DNA of 63,728 nt, filler included, from Octopus bimaculoides (taxonomy: Eukaryota), in NCBI RefSeq assembly GCF_001194135.2. It is 9 parts of 8 records of this genome, joined end to end, with 100 filler letters (N's around TTAATTAATTAA, not from the genome) between each part and the next. Parts side by side here need not be neighbours in the genome. Positions count along the whole stretch, not along the records: positions 1 to 7,334 come from NC_068996.1; positions 7,435 to 16,947 come from NC_068990.1; 7 more parts are not named here. The stretch is one strand, 5' to 3'. The notes beneath the pieces are model-generated. The model was not told the DNA's origin and searched no databases. It saw only the letters and a list, made by a program, of their open reading frames with translations. Both the position numbers and the translations under genes were made by a program. This document shows, piece by piece, positions 1-11,383 of this stretch; positions within the stretch are counted from its first letter, which is position 1; each line of letters begins with the position of its first letter.

Positions 1-267
1 ATATATATATATATATATAAAACTAAAAAGGAAAATTTCAATTGTCACTAATAATGATTGTGGGTGCGTGGTAGCATCTACATTGCTAGACATAAGAGTT
101 AAAGGCCCTTATAGCCACAAAGTCAGTGCATAGACTTGAACTATGTTTGTGGCTAAAAATGTTTTTGACTCTTATTTCTAGCAGTGTAGGTGCTACCATG
201 TACCCTCAGTCACTATTAGTGACAATTGAAACCTTACTTTTTGTTTTTTATATTGAGTCTAGCCACC

Positions 268-269
<2 letters not shown>

Positions 270-329
<60 letters not shown>
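270..329. repeat. (TAT)n microsatellite
   Basis: Perfect TAT run read directly; it explains the poly-Y in ORF 126..434. Confidence 0.97.
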
Positions 330-603
330 GATCCCTTAATTATGTTTATAAATGTATGGGAGTTTTTAAATAAGTTCTCCACCGATAATGGTGCTTACAT
401 ACCGAAGGGCTTGGTAAAAATTATTAATTGTTGATTTATTAATAAATTAATAAATTGATAAATCTTTACCCTTTTAATTTGTATATNNNNNNNNNNNNNN
501 NNNNNNNNNNNNNNNNNNNNNNNNNNNNNNNNNNNNNNNNNNNNNNNNNNNNNNNNNNNNNNNNNNNNNNNNNNNNNNNNNNNNNNNNNNNNNNNNNNNN
601 NNN

Positions 604-638
<35 letters not shown>

Positions 639-709
639 CGCACATGTATGTATATATATGAATAACTATTATTCGCTGCCCTATACCTATATAATACACA
701 CATACATGT

Positions 710-989
710 GCGCGTAAATGTATGTATGTATACTTACAGCTGCGTGTATATACCTATGTATGTTTCTATTTAGTTATGTATGCGTTTATAAAGACTCAAA
801 TTACAATAAGGCAGAAACACTCAATACATGCACGCACACATATATAATGCATACACACTCACACATATAGAAAGCGAGCAAACGAGTAAGAGAGAGAGAG
901 AAAGGGTGAGAGAAAAAGGGAGAGAGAGATAATACACGTACATGGGTATGTATAACTATGTGTACATATATTCATGTATGTATGTATTA

Positions 990-1038
<49 letters not shown>

Positions 1039-1156
1039 ATTGAGTGTTTCTGCCTTATTGTAATTTGAGTCTTTATAAACTCATACATAGCTAAATAGAA
1101 ACATACATACGTGTATACACGCAGCTGTACGTAAATTTATATATGCATTTACGCGC
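710..1156. repeat. Inverted repeat (foldback), arms about 120 bp, spacer about 205 bp
   Basis: 710-829 (gcgcgtaaatg...gtttataaagactcaaattacaataaggcagaaacactcaatacat) is the reverse complement of 1035-1156 (atgtattgagtgtttctgccttattgtaatttgagtctttataaac...catttacgcgc), with a few substitutions and a small indel. Confidence 0.93.
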
Positions 1157-1319
1157 AGCATGCATACATGTATAAATATGCATATACACATGTGTATATA
1201 TTTACTGACAACAAATACACACGTAAATATAGATATGCATAAATGTGTGCTTAACCTATGTATGTGTGCATATATATATATATATATGTATGTGTGCATC
1301 CATGTATGTATATATCTAT

Positions 1320-1339
1320 GTGTCTGTCTATCTGCCTGC

Positions 1340-1402
<63 letters not shown>

Positions 1403-1403
1403 C

Positions 1404-1467
<64 letters not shown>
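1320..1467. repeat. Compound (TGTC)n-(TATC)n microsatellite
   Basis: Read directly. Confidence 0.95.
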
Positions 1468-1468
<1 letters not shown>

Positions 1469-2619
1469 ATTGATATGAATGCGCCTGAACTAATATAGAT
1501 GTTTATATTAAACGCACTGATTTACACAGAAAGATAAAGACAAAAAAAAAAAAGATCATATAAATATGTTTATATTTATTAAACAATGAATGTGTAAATA
1601 GAAATCTGAAAAGAGTCGGGAACGAATTAATGGTAAGATTAAATGAAATTCAAATTTATATTTAGTTCCGATATTTTTGAAGTCATATTTTCTAAAACTG
1701 TTATTTATTTATTTTTTGTTTTCTCTTTGAAATCTAACTTAGCATAATGTCTAATTTGAGAATAAAATGCCGAGTTATTTAATTTAAAATCATTGGAAAA
1801 AAATTTAACAATAACATGCTCTATTTGTTGCAGATTATGTAATATTTCCTATTCAAAATTTTGGTATGTGCCATTGATCAAGATGTAAAATCTCGGTGAA
1901 GTAAAATCTATTATATGATTTCAATCCTCGGCGGATTCTGTTTTTTGTTTTCTAATTCTATTTTGCAAACTCAGTTAAACGCTGTCAGGAAGTGCATGGA
2001 TTCATATTTCAGCATTTGTTCTAGTAAAGAAATGTAAGATAAAGTCAAGTGGAATCTATTAAGTAAATTGCGGCGAGCAATTCAACCGAGTCAAGATGAC
2101 CAACCAGTTTCGATTTTTTTCACTCTTTGAAGGCGTTAATACATAACACTCAAAAATATTTTAAAAACAAAACTGTTTACTTTTTCTTCGCCTAAATCAC
2201 AAAGCTTCAAGTCCTGTCAAAACAAACAATCTTTGTGTCACTATAGTGCAGAATCATGAAGAGAAAACATTAATCTTGGGAGCCAAGTCGGTTGCTATTC
2301 TTTTACCGAGTAAAACACAAACCAATTCACCCTAATTAATATCATTTATATCTATTTAGAGTGTATTTTGTATTTGTAAAATATTGCGATATATTCGAAT
2401 ACTTTAGTTAGAACCCTAGAATGAGAAGTAAACTGTTCATTGCTAAAGGCCATGAATACATCTCTCTCAAATACAACAATAGACTCTGCTGTGAAAGATA
2501 AAACATAAGCACGGAGAGACTACAAAAAGGAAGGGAAAAGTAATCAAAATAGTAACAGATTTACTAAAACCTTTAGTTAACAAAACAGTTCATCTTGATG
2601 TAAATCTGTTTCGATATAT

Positions 2620-3055
2620 TCCACCCATCCACTATTCATGGGGAAGTCATGAGGATAGAGTACTCATGTACCTTCTTAAGGTTCCATCAGAAGCAACCAC
2701 CATTACACTTTCCGGCTGGATTCCCAAGAGTGATCCACTGAGACTATGGATATTATCCAACCATCTCGTTCTCCTGCCACTATGTCTCCTTCCTATTGGC
2801 TAGACTTGAAGAAGCTGTCTTACGATTCTTCTCTGTGGCTTTCTAATCACATGTCCGTTTTGCTGGATGTATGACCTCTCAATACAAAGATGTAGCGGTT
2901 CGACCTGGAGGAACTCTAATCTCTGAGCTACGTTCATTGTCGGGTAACGTTACTCCTGAGATTCTTCCCACATTTCAGCTGCTTGTATTCACGATCGTCT
3001 TCTTTCGGTCATTATCCAACAATCATGAGGATAGGGAAGGATACGTACAAAGCTG
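2620..3055 (-). mobile_element. Degenerate RTE-type LINE, 3' fragment (RT C-terminal region)
   Basis: Minus-strand translation across stops: ILPYPHDCWIMTERRRS*IQAAEM...LQVEPLHLCIERS...GHVIRKPQRRIVRQLL...GRRHSGRRTRWLDNI. This matches the RTE C-terminal pattern (LxYGxExW...IQAAEM...WFGHV...RPRGRPRTRW). Confidence 0.8.
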
Positions 3056-3790
3056 AATTGAAGATTTAAATTTATTAAAACTACTTGTTTTTGAGATGGG
3101 TAAACTATTTTACAATAACCTTTGTTAGCAAAAAAGTTAAATCTGATGCTTGTAAGATATATTATTTTTCCACTTAAGCATGTGTTGATATACAACAGTT
3201 GTGAAATTAAAATAAAGGTCATGAAAATGCCCCTTATCGCTAATAATAATAATAATAATAAATCAATGGAATTTATCATTTACCACTTTGTTTATGCATA
3301 AGGATGCTTTAGCTTAGATATTTCACTGAAATGCTATGTTAATTTTATGGACAAAGTTATTTTTAGAAAATCTTTTGACATTCATCGTCTGTTACAAATA
3401 TTACTAACATATTGTGAGAGCTTTTGTGTGATTACTCAAACTGCTAGAAATAGCACACAAATCTTCTAAAGATCAGTCAGAAACGCACATTTTAATGATG
3501 AATACAGAAACTTGACTGGGAACGTTGTTTATGGAGAAGTCATGTAAGTAAATGAAATAAAATATTTGAAAAATAAAAGTTTTAGTTCAATGATATAAAA
3601 AGATTATTCACCAAGCTTTTGCTGACAAAGACAACTTAAATTTCAATAATTTACACAATTAAAAATCACCCAATGTAACATCGATTTTTAAACTCCTTGA
3701 AAAACTCATTGTATTTAAACTGAATATGTTATATATTAAATGTATCATTTAAATGGACAAACAAATTAAATTTTAAATTTTACCGTCTTC

Positions 3791-3818
3791 CCCAGCGAAA
3801 CGTCGGGTATCAAACTAG
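3791..3818 (+). mobile_element. Possible Helitron 3' terminus
   Basis: Imperfect GC-rich hairpin cccagc-gaaac-gtcggg, then tatcaaaCTAG (3815-3818) and a flanking T. No 5' TC end was identified. Confidence 0.45.
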
Positions 3819-3828
3819 TCATTATTGA

Positions 3829-4165
3829 GCCAGCGAACTGGCAGAATCGTTACTGCGCCGGACAAATTGCTTAGCGGCATTTCTTCCGACTTATTGTTCC
3901 GAGTACAAATGTCAGCGGGGTCGACTTTGCCTTTCATCCTTTCCGGATCGATAAAATAAGTACCAGTTGGGTACTGGGGTCGATGTAATTGACTTACCCT
4001 GTAGTATTTCTTCCGACGTATAACGTCCCAAGTTCAAATTCCGCCGGGGCCATCTTTGCCCTTCGTCCTTTCGGAAGTGAAAATAAAATACCCGTCAAAT
4101 ATGAGGGTGATTACAGCAACGCCGTCCCCTCAAAATAGTTAACCTTATGTCAGAATTTAAAAGGA
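3829..4165 (+). mobile_element. tRNA-derived SINE family A, one copy plus a tandem partial copy
   Basis: gccagcgaactggcagaatcgtta...gtcgactttgcctttcatcctttc..gtcgataaaataagtaccagtt..tactggggtcgatgtaat. The same sequence recurs at 8437, 28310, 43352 and on the minus strand elsewhere. Confidence 0.85.
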
Positions 4166-4495
4166 TTATTATTACTACTATTATTATTGATTGAGAGATC
4201 AGTGAATGCCATCAAAGTGATGATGGAGTACAAATAAACGAAGCTCAATATATCCATAATGACTATTCTTCTGATAAATGTACACCAGGAACATGCATCA
4301 CGACCGTATGTGTACGACATGGTGACCTCATATCAAAGTAAACAGTGAATGACCCTGCAAGTGGGGCAGTCCCCCTCGAAGATTCGACTCTTGATTTTTC
4401 ACCTCTCTTAGTACTTGCTTCCCTACTTTCAAATCCGTTCTCCAGCATTTCATGCTATTCCATATAAGGGTTGTCATATTTTCTGCAGTTCCAAA

Positions 4496-4544
4496 CATCA
4501 TCATCATCATCATGATCATCATCATCATGATCATCATCATCATG

Positions 4545-4590
<46 letters not shown>

Positions 4591-4601
4591 CCACCACCAC
4601 C
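4496..4601. repeat. (CAT)n/(CAC)n microsatellite
   Basis: Read directly; source of the poly-H/poly-M ORFs. Confidence 0.96.
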
Positions 4602-4667
4602 AGATTCGACTTATCTCTATTTCCATATCTTTGTATTTTGAAAGTTTCTCCGTTTCTTTTAGAGATA

Positions 4668-4933
4668 TCAGGTCATCCCATAAGTTCTGTCCGATTTTAT
4701 CTTTTTTAAAATTGAATGAAATTTAATAGTATTTTAGAATGTCTAATGGAATTAAAAATTATTTTCATTCATTTGTGTACATTTAAACTAATTAAATATT
4801 ATTTTACAGAATAATAGAATTATTATTCTGATTAAAACCCTTTCTAGCATCGAAGTATCCAAAGAGCATTTGAGGCACATAATGCTTTATGAGTACAAAA
4901 AGGAAACTCTGCAGCCGAAGCGACTCGAAACAT
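4668..4933 (+). mobile_element. Mariner 5' fragment (left TIR, 5' UTR, first ~30 codons), same family as 21788-22854
   Basis: TA|tcaggtcatcccataagttctgtccgatttt...gaagtatccaaagagcatttgaggcacataatgctttatgagtac...gaaactctgcagccgaagcgactcgaaacat aligns closely with the reverse complement of about 22590-22854. Confidence 0.88.
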
Positions 4934-6429
4934 GAGGTAAGCCAAGCTGGGTATGTATTCAAGAGCCACCAACAAAAAGTAAACCACTTGTTATTCATGG
5001 ATGACCTCAAACTTTATGGTAAAGATGAATCCTCGTTGATACGGTGTATACTTTCAGTACTGATATCAGAATGGAGTTTAGACTGAGAGAGAAAAATCAG
5101 ATGTATGGACGAGCTAGCGATGAAGCAAATAGAAGAGACGGGCTATAAGTACTGGAGGATATTGGAAATGGATAAATTAATGGAAAAAGAAATGATAGAA
5201 AAATTTAAGGCGGTGTACTTGCGCAGACTGAGACTGATCCTTAAGTCGAAATTAAACGGATGGAATAAGATTGAAGCTATCAACACCTGGGCAGTTTCAC
5301 TCCTTAGATATAGAGCAGGGGTAATCGCATGGACAGTAGACAAACAAAATAGCTTAGACAGAAAGACAAGGAAGTTGCTGACTAGATATGGGAAACTTTA
5401 CCCAAAAAGTGACACAGGCAGACTGTATGTACCAAGAAAAAGAGGGGGAAGAGGACTTATTGGGTGCAAACACAGCATTAGAGCAGAAGAAAACAACATA
5501 GCATGGTATGTAAAAAATGCCACTGAACCGCTATTATTAAGAAGGTCAGGCTTGTGAAGGTAAAGCACTGTACAAGTAATTGAAAACGAATGAAACTGAA
5601 AATAGGTGGGTAAAGAAAGGAATGCACGGTCAATTTCATAGGGATGTTGAAGATAAGACAGAGAAAAAAGATGGCTATGGATGACTAAAAGTGATTTAAA
5701 ACCGGAAACGGAGGCTCTAATCTGTGCTGCCCAAGAGCAAGTACTAAGAACCAATTATATCAAATACAGAATATATAACATATCAGAAAGTGATAAGTGC
5801 AGAATCTGTAGACAAAATGGTGAAATCATATGGCATATTACCAGTCAATGTACGCCACAACTCCAGAAAGAATATAAGAGAAGTTATGACAACAAGTTAT
5901 GACAACAAAGCAAGGATTGTCCATTGGACACTTTGCAACAAGTATGGAGTTGACAGAGCAAAAACGTGGTGCGAACATAAACCAAAAGGCATCATCGAAA
6001 ATGATAATGTAAAGATCCTATGGGATTTTATGATTCAGTGCGACCATGAGATAGAGAATAGGAAGCCAGACACAGTGTAAATTGAGAAAGAAAGTAAACG
6101 ATGCTGGATCATAGATATAGCATGCTCAGCTGACAAGGAAGAAAGAAAAGTCGATAGATATGACAGGTTAGCTTGGGAGGTTAAACAGTTGTGGTCGATG
6201 AAAAGGGGGTAGTAGTACCAATAATTTTCGGAACCCTGGTAACAGTGAATAAAAATCGTGAGAAGTACATGGAACAAATAGGGGCTGCAATAAAGGTGGA
6301 GCACTTGCAGAAAACCGCTCGAATATTCCGGATGATGCTCGAAAAATAAGGGGTGTTACCTTAGCTCACTGGAAGTGAGCAACTGACACCTTTGTATATC
6401 TCCAGCGTTAGAAGCTGTGCAAAGACAAT
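4934..6429 (+). mobile_element. 5'-truncated, frameshifted R4/Dong-type non-LTR retrotransposon (RT C-half, CCHC knuckle, REL endonuclease)
   Basis: HLLFMDDLKLYGK (4985-5023); KIEAINTWAVSLLRY..G; LYVPRKRGGRGL; CRICRQNGEIIWHITSQC (about 5798-5851); ILWDFMIQCDHEIENRKPD and IIDIA (PD-(D/E)XK-type REL). The 3' end gctgtgcaaagacaat is shared with the copy at 34988-35374. Confidence 0.9.
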
Positions 6430-7059
6430 AAAATAATAATAGTAGTACTACTAATAATAATGAAATGGTTCTAATGACGGTAATAACGATAATAATTGCA
6501 TTAGAAATTGTTGAGAAAATCATCTTGCCCTTGAAAGTACCAATGTCTACTAGGAAAAATTATTTACACGTGCTCTGACCAAAGAACAAATCGGTATATA
6601 GATGCAATATCTCCGAAATTCAAATTAAGATACATAACTATTTATCTCTCTTTAAGTATAGAACAAAATCTAATAATACTTCTTTGGCCACTCTAATATG
6701 TGAGTTATCAGTTGATAATATAGAATATGCACTATCTTGGTCTATAATAAAAAATGCTACTCTCTATTAACTAGTTTGTAAATTGCAAAAAAACAAACAA
6801 AAAAAAACAACAGAATTAGCGAAAATTTGGAATCATTCCTCCGATGTCTACATAGAAAATACAAAACAATCCAATATTTAAAAAATTGACAATAATAGAG
6901 CATAACGTGTATTATTAACTTTAAAATCTCTTTTCATGTGTTTGCATTGGTATCTACACATCCGTATGTATGTCAGTACGCTCGCGCTCGCACGCGCACA
7001 CACACACACAGTCACATACACACATGTGTTTGTGCTCTATGTGTGTCTCCCTCTCTCTC

Positions 7060-7104
<45 letters not shown>

Positions 7105-7378
7105 CAAAGAATATATATACATGTATACACACATATATGTACATACTTACATCTACATGTGTATATACATGCATATCAGGGTACAGGACGTTAGAACAAT
7201 AAACTACAGACAACGGAACGAACACATAGGAAAACGGAAAGCCCCTTGGAATATCCCTTCATCAGCTGTCTCTATTCTATCTAGACGTTTCGAAGACCAG
7301 ACAGGACGTACTCTAGAATAGTCTCTTCCTGAGTNNNNNNNNNNNNNNNNNNNNNNNNNNNNNNNNNNNNNNNNNNNN

Positions 7379-7390
7379 TTAATTAATTAA
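7379..7390. other. Artificial six-frame-stop gap linker TTAATTAATTAA (also at 16992, 30352, 35885, 49291, 51535, 55128, 61457)
   Basis: The left flank is exactly 44 N in all eight cases, and the fully counted case is 44+12+44 = 100 nt. The 12-mer places a stop codon in all six frames. Confidence 0.95.
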
Positions 7391-7443
7391 NNNNNNNNNN
7401 NNNNNNNNNNNNNNNNNNNNNNNNNNNNNNNNNNAATATAAAA

Positions 7444-7940
7444 AAAACAACACGCCACCACTAATCGCATCACCATCATCCACTCTCACTCGCCAACCAA
7501 CACCACCGCCTGCCATAGCCACCACTCATCACTCAACACGCCGCCACCACCTGCTATAGCCATCACTCATCACTCAATACACCACCACCAACATAGCAGC
7601 AAACACTAACACCGCTACAACCAGAACAGCGACGACCACCACCACTACCAACATCACCACCACCACCGCTACTCACATAACTACTATTGACTAGACAACG
7701 ACCACCGACCAACCAGTGCCACAACAATAGAAATACAACTACCGATGACTAATTAGTACCACTACCGCACACGCTAGTCAATACCACAACCACAGCTAAC
7801 ACTGACTATACAGTTGCACTACTACAACTACCACCCATGCTACCAACACCACCGCCAGCATTACGTCAGCACCAGTACCTCTCCAGTACCGGTACTACCA
7901 CCACTACTACAACCAGCCACCTCTACCACCATAACTACTA
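7444..7940. repeat. Degenerate CAC/ACC/ACT-rich low-complexity tract
   Basis: Decayed trinucleotide composition; translation shows stops. Confidence 0.75.
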
Positions 7941-8046
7941 GTAACTAGACAGTACGTCTGTATTACCTTGTACTGAAATCAATCATCCTACCTTTCTCGT
8001 TCCTCTCCCTGGGTTAAAACAAAAAAGACGGAAGCATCTGCAATTA

Positions 8047-8834
8047 CGAGGGTGAGTCAAAAAGCAATGCCATTTTGTTTAGGACAGGTATAATTACCAA
8101 CACAGGAACATGTATCATACATCAAAAGGAAGCTGGTCCTCTGTGGATCACATCCCTACTTCTCAACATAGTCACAGTTTCTCTCAATAGCAATGTTCCA
8201 CCTTCCAATGAGAGCGTGTATCCCTGCTCCGTAAAATTCTGTTGACTGTTCTTTGAGCCACTTCTTCACTACAGTTTTCACTTCCTCGTCACTGGAATAA
8301 TTTAGCGCCTTCAGACTATCGTCTCTTCGGCCCCATGAAAGAGGGTTTGAGAGGCAAACAGTATTCCAGTGACGAGGAAATGAAAACTGTGGTGAAGTGG
8401 CTCAAAAAACACTCAACAGAATTTTACGGAGCAGGGGCGGTTAGCACGCCGGGCGAAATGCTTAGCGGTATTTTGTCTCTCTTTATGTTCGTCTGTCTGG
8501 CCGACTTTGCCTTTTATCCCTTCGGGGGGCGATAAATTAAGTACCAGTTACGCACTGGGGTCGATATCATCGACTTAATCCCTTTGCTTGTCCTTGTTTG
8601 TCCCGTCTATGTTTAGCCTCTTGTGGGCAATAAAGAAATAAGTATTTTACGGGGCAGGGATACATGCTCTCATTCGAAGGTGGAACATTGCTATTGAGAG
8701 AAGAGGTGACTATGTTGAGAAGTAGGGATGTGGTCGACAGAGGACCAGCTTTATTTTGATGTATGATACATGTTCCTGTGTTGGTAATTATACCTGTCCT
8801 AAACAAAATGGCATTACTTTTTGATTCATCCTCG
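8047..8834. mobile_element. Palindromic mariner-derived non-autonomous element (two inverted copies of a mariner 3' end), TA-flanked, with a SINE in the right arm
   Basis: TA|cgagggtgagtcaaaaagcaatgcc ... ggcattactttttgattcatcctcg|TA. The left arm 8047-8299 is the reverse complement of 8362-8436 + 8660-8834. Centre and right arm encode (D)LAPSDYRLFGPMKEGLRGKQYSSDEEMKTVVKWLKKHSTEFYGAG|IHALIRRWNIAIERRGDYVEK*. Confidence 0.93.
8437..8643 (+). mobile_element. SINE family A, 5'-truncated, with 16-bp target-site duplication
   Basis: attttacggagcaggg (8421-8436) and attttacggggcaggg (8644-8659) flank the copy; tail gtgggcaataaagaaataagt. Confidence 0.9.
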
Positions 8835-8954
8835 TATTTTAGACCAATTGTCCCATCCCTTTATCAGTTCCTTATCCTGATTCCACCCCTCCAGCCACCC
8901 GTATATAGTTTTAAAAAGTATGCTTCTATACAACACAATTTATTACATAATTCC

Positions 8955-9032
8955 TTTATTCTTTTATTTGTTTCAGTCATTTTGACTGCGGCCATACTGG
9001 AGCATCGCCTTTAGTCAAACAAATCAACCTCG
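8955..9032 (-). mobile_element. SINE family B, 3' tail fragment
   Basis: tttatttgtttcagtcattttgactgcggccatactggagcatcgcctttagtcaaacaaatc; matches 16545-16640, 50860-50930 and (reverse complement) 57640-57700. Confidence 0.8.
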
Positions 9033-10865
9033 GGAACAAAAAGTTTCGAAATGATATCTTTTGGCAAATTCGCGAATGTGTTCGTCTCCGGAAAACAGCT
9101 TCTCTTTTAGAACGGCTGTGTCTTCATAACGCATTTGATTCATTAGCAGAGGGGAAGTCAAGGTCACATGTGTGGTCGACGATACGCTAGCGATATGGGT
9201 GAGCCTGATGCATAGATGAATAAATGGGCGAGTCAGCTAGTGTATTGTCCAGCCACACCCGCTTGTTAAACTCATGCTTGGAAACTGCTGCTAGCAGTCT
9301 GCATCAGTAAAAAATTATACAATGTAGTGTGCAAGTTTGGATGACTTTTTATAATGTGAAAGAAAACACATATTGGTGTCAGAGAGAAATAATTTTTCTT
9401 GCGTATACGTTTCTCTGCTAACGTATCATAGCATTACACATGCATATATATGTAAAACAAGGCACATACATACATACATACACACATACATACATACATA
9501 CATACATACATACATACATACATACAGAAACACACGCTCAGATTCGCATAAACATGCACACATGCATACGGGCACATGTATATATATAAACAACATTCTC
9601 GGGGAAAATTTAGGCATCGATAAAAGTCGACTGACTGGTCCGTTCCAGAGAACCCACTGTTCGGGAGCCATGGATAATTTCCAGTAATTTCCAGTAATTT
9701 CCAGCCTAGCAAAGCTATTAATGCGGAGGAATTACCTGTTGGAGCTAAACCTTACAGAGTGTCATCGACCAAGGTTTGCTTGCAGGCAACGTTCTGCGCG
9801 CCTACGTCTAGTTCATTGCTAACTTGAGGAGTTACGTCGAATAGCTGGTATCACGTGTAGGACGGATACAGCAATTAGATGAGTCTATTGTGTACAGCAA
9901 TTAGATGAGTCTATTGTGCAGATTGTCTTGCTGCCTTTCTTTAACTGGGAAGTGCAAGCGAGTTTCCTTTGTCTGGCAGCTATGACGAAAATAGTTGTGC
10001 GAAGGACAAGGCTAAGAAAACAAAAGGCATCTAATGAGAGCATGGCCTTGTCGGTGAAACTCTCATCACCTTTGAAGTTCCAGCTGGAAAGGAAGGTCCT
10101 AAACAAAGATGGAGATGCTCTCCTCCAGTAAATTTCTTACAACATGGATGACAATGACGATAATGGTAAGAGTGAATCATTATGTGTCTGTAGATTGGGA
10201 GGGAATACATGTTCTTGGTTGTTAAGATGATGTTGAATCTACGAGGCTCGTTGAACGGTTCTGGTTGGAGGTTCTGCTTCTTGCATCAGAAGGATTGTAA
10301 TCATCATTTATTTCTATTCTATGTATATTTCTATATCATCCTTTGCTATTTCCTCATTCTATTTTTACGTCAACTAACACACTTTATATCATCGTTCTTT
10401 GAAATAATTCCCCTTTCAACCCGTTAAAGAAATCACATTTATTATCCTGTATCAAACACCACGACTACCACCACAACACCAACACTATCACCACCAATAC
10501 CAACACCTCCACCACCACCACCACCACCATCATCATCGTCATTTCTGTTGTTGTCATTATCATCCTTCAGCCTTCCATCCTTTTTTTCTATCACATACTT
10601 TCTTCATCATACACACACAGACACACTTGCTTCATTATTTAACACGTATCCATTTGACACATTGCAAATTCCGTCTTCCTACTCCACACCAGCTTACCAT
10701 ATCCCCCCCCCACCTCCGATCATCTTCGTCCTCTACTTCTCTCCCTTTCTTTTATCTTTCCTTAGTTCCTTCGTTTCTAATGTCCACCAATTCCACACAA
10801 ACACGTGTTCTTACAGCTTATGTTATCATGTTCTCTTTATCACACGACCCCTTCGTTTTTGTTTA

Positions 10866-10866
10866 C

Positions 10867-10917
<51 letters not shown>

Positions 10918-10926
10918 CATCTATCC

Positions 10927-10982
<56 letters not shown>

Positions 10983-11050
10983 GTTTGTTTGTCTGTCTGT
11001 CTGGTTGTCTGTTTGTCTTTTGGTCTGCTTATCTGCCTGCGTTCTATCTG
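10866..11050. repeat. (TCTA)n-(TGTC)n compound microsatellite
   Basis: Read directly; explains the overlapping YLSI ORFs. Confidence 0.93.
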
Positions 11051-11314
11051 TCTAGATGTTTTTCTTTCCTGCCTGCCTGTCATCTATCTGTCTGCCTGCA
11101 TGTATATATGTCTCTTTATTTCTACGTATGCATGTCTGTCTGTCTGTCTCTATCTCGCTCTTTTCCCATTTATATGTGGGTGTGTATGTATGTATGTATG
11201 CACGTTTATCTGTGACAGTTTTTATCAATCTGCCTGCCTGGCCCTTGCAGTCTTCCAAATGTTTCACAGAATCATGAAATAGGTATATGTCACTCAAAAC
11301 ACCCTATTAACTAT

Positions 11315-11383
<69 letters not shown>

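Noticed and set aside
1833-2311. Cluster of three AG...GT-bounded micro-exons (about 1834, 1989, 2254)
   Set aside because: They are individually open, but the phases do not chain into a stop-free peptide and nothing is recognisable; this is consistent with chance.
2647-3034. 12-bp direct repeat tcatgaggatag as TSD of the RTE fragment
   Set aside because: The second copy lies within the element's own coding motif (LPYPHDCW), so it is not flanking DNA.
7335-7434. Recurrent palindromic TTAATTAATTAA motif (8 occurrences)
   Set aside because: It is always centred in a 100-nt N block and encodes stops in six frames, so it is an assembly or processing linker, not biology.
7444-7940. Thr-rich mucin-like exon
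   Set aside because: It has in-frame stops and decayed trinucleotide composition, with no splice signals.
10548-11282. 244-aa ORF without N
   Set aside because: It is built on (TCTA)n/(TGTC)n and pyrimidine-rich low-complexity DNA, with overlapping ORFs in all frames and no domain motif.
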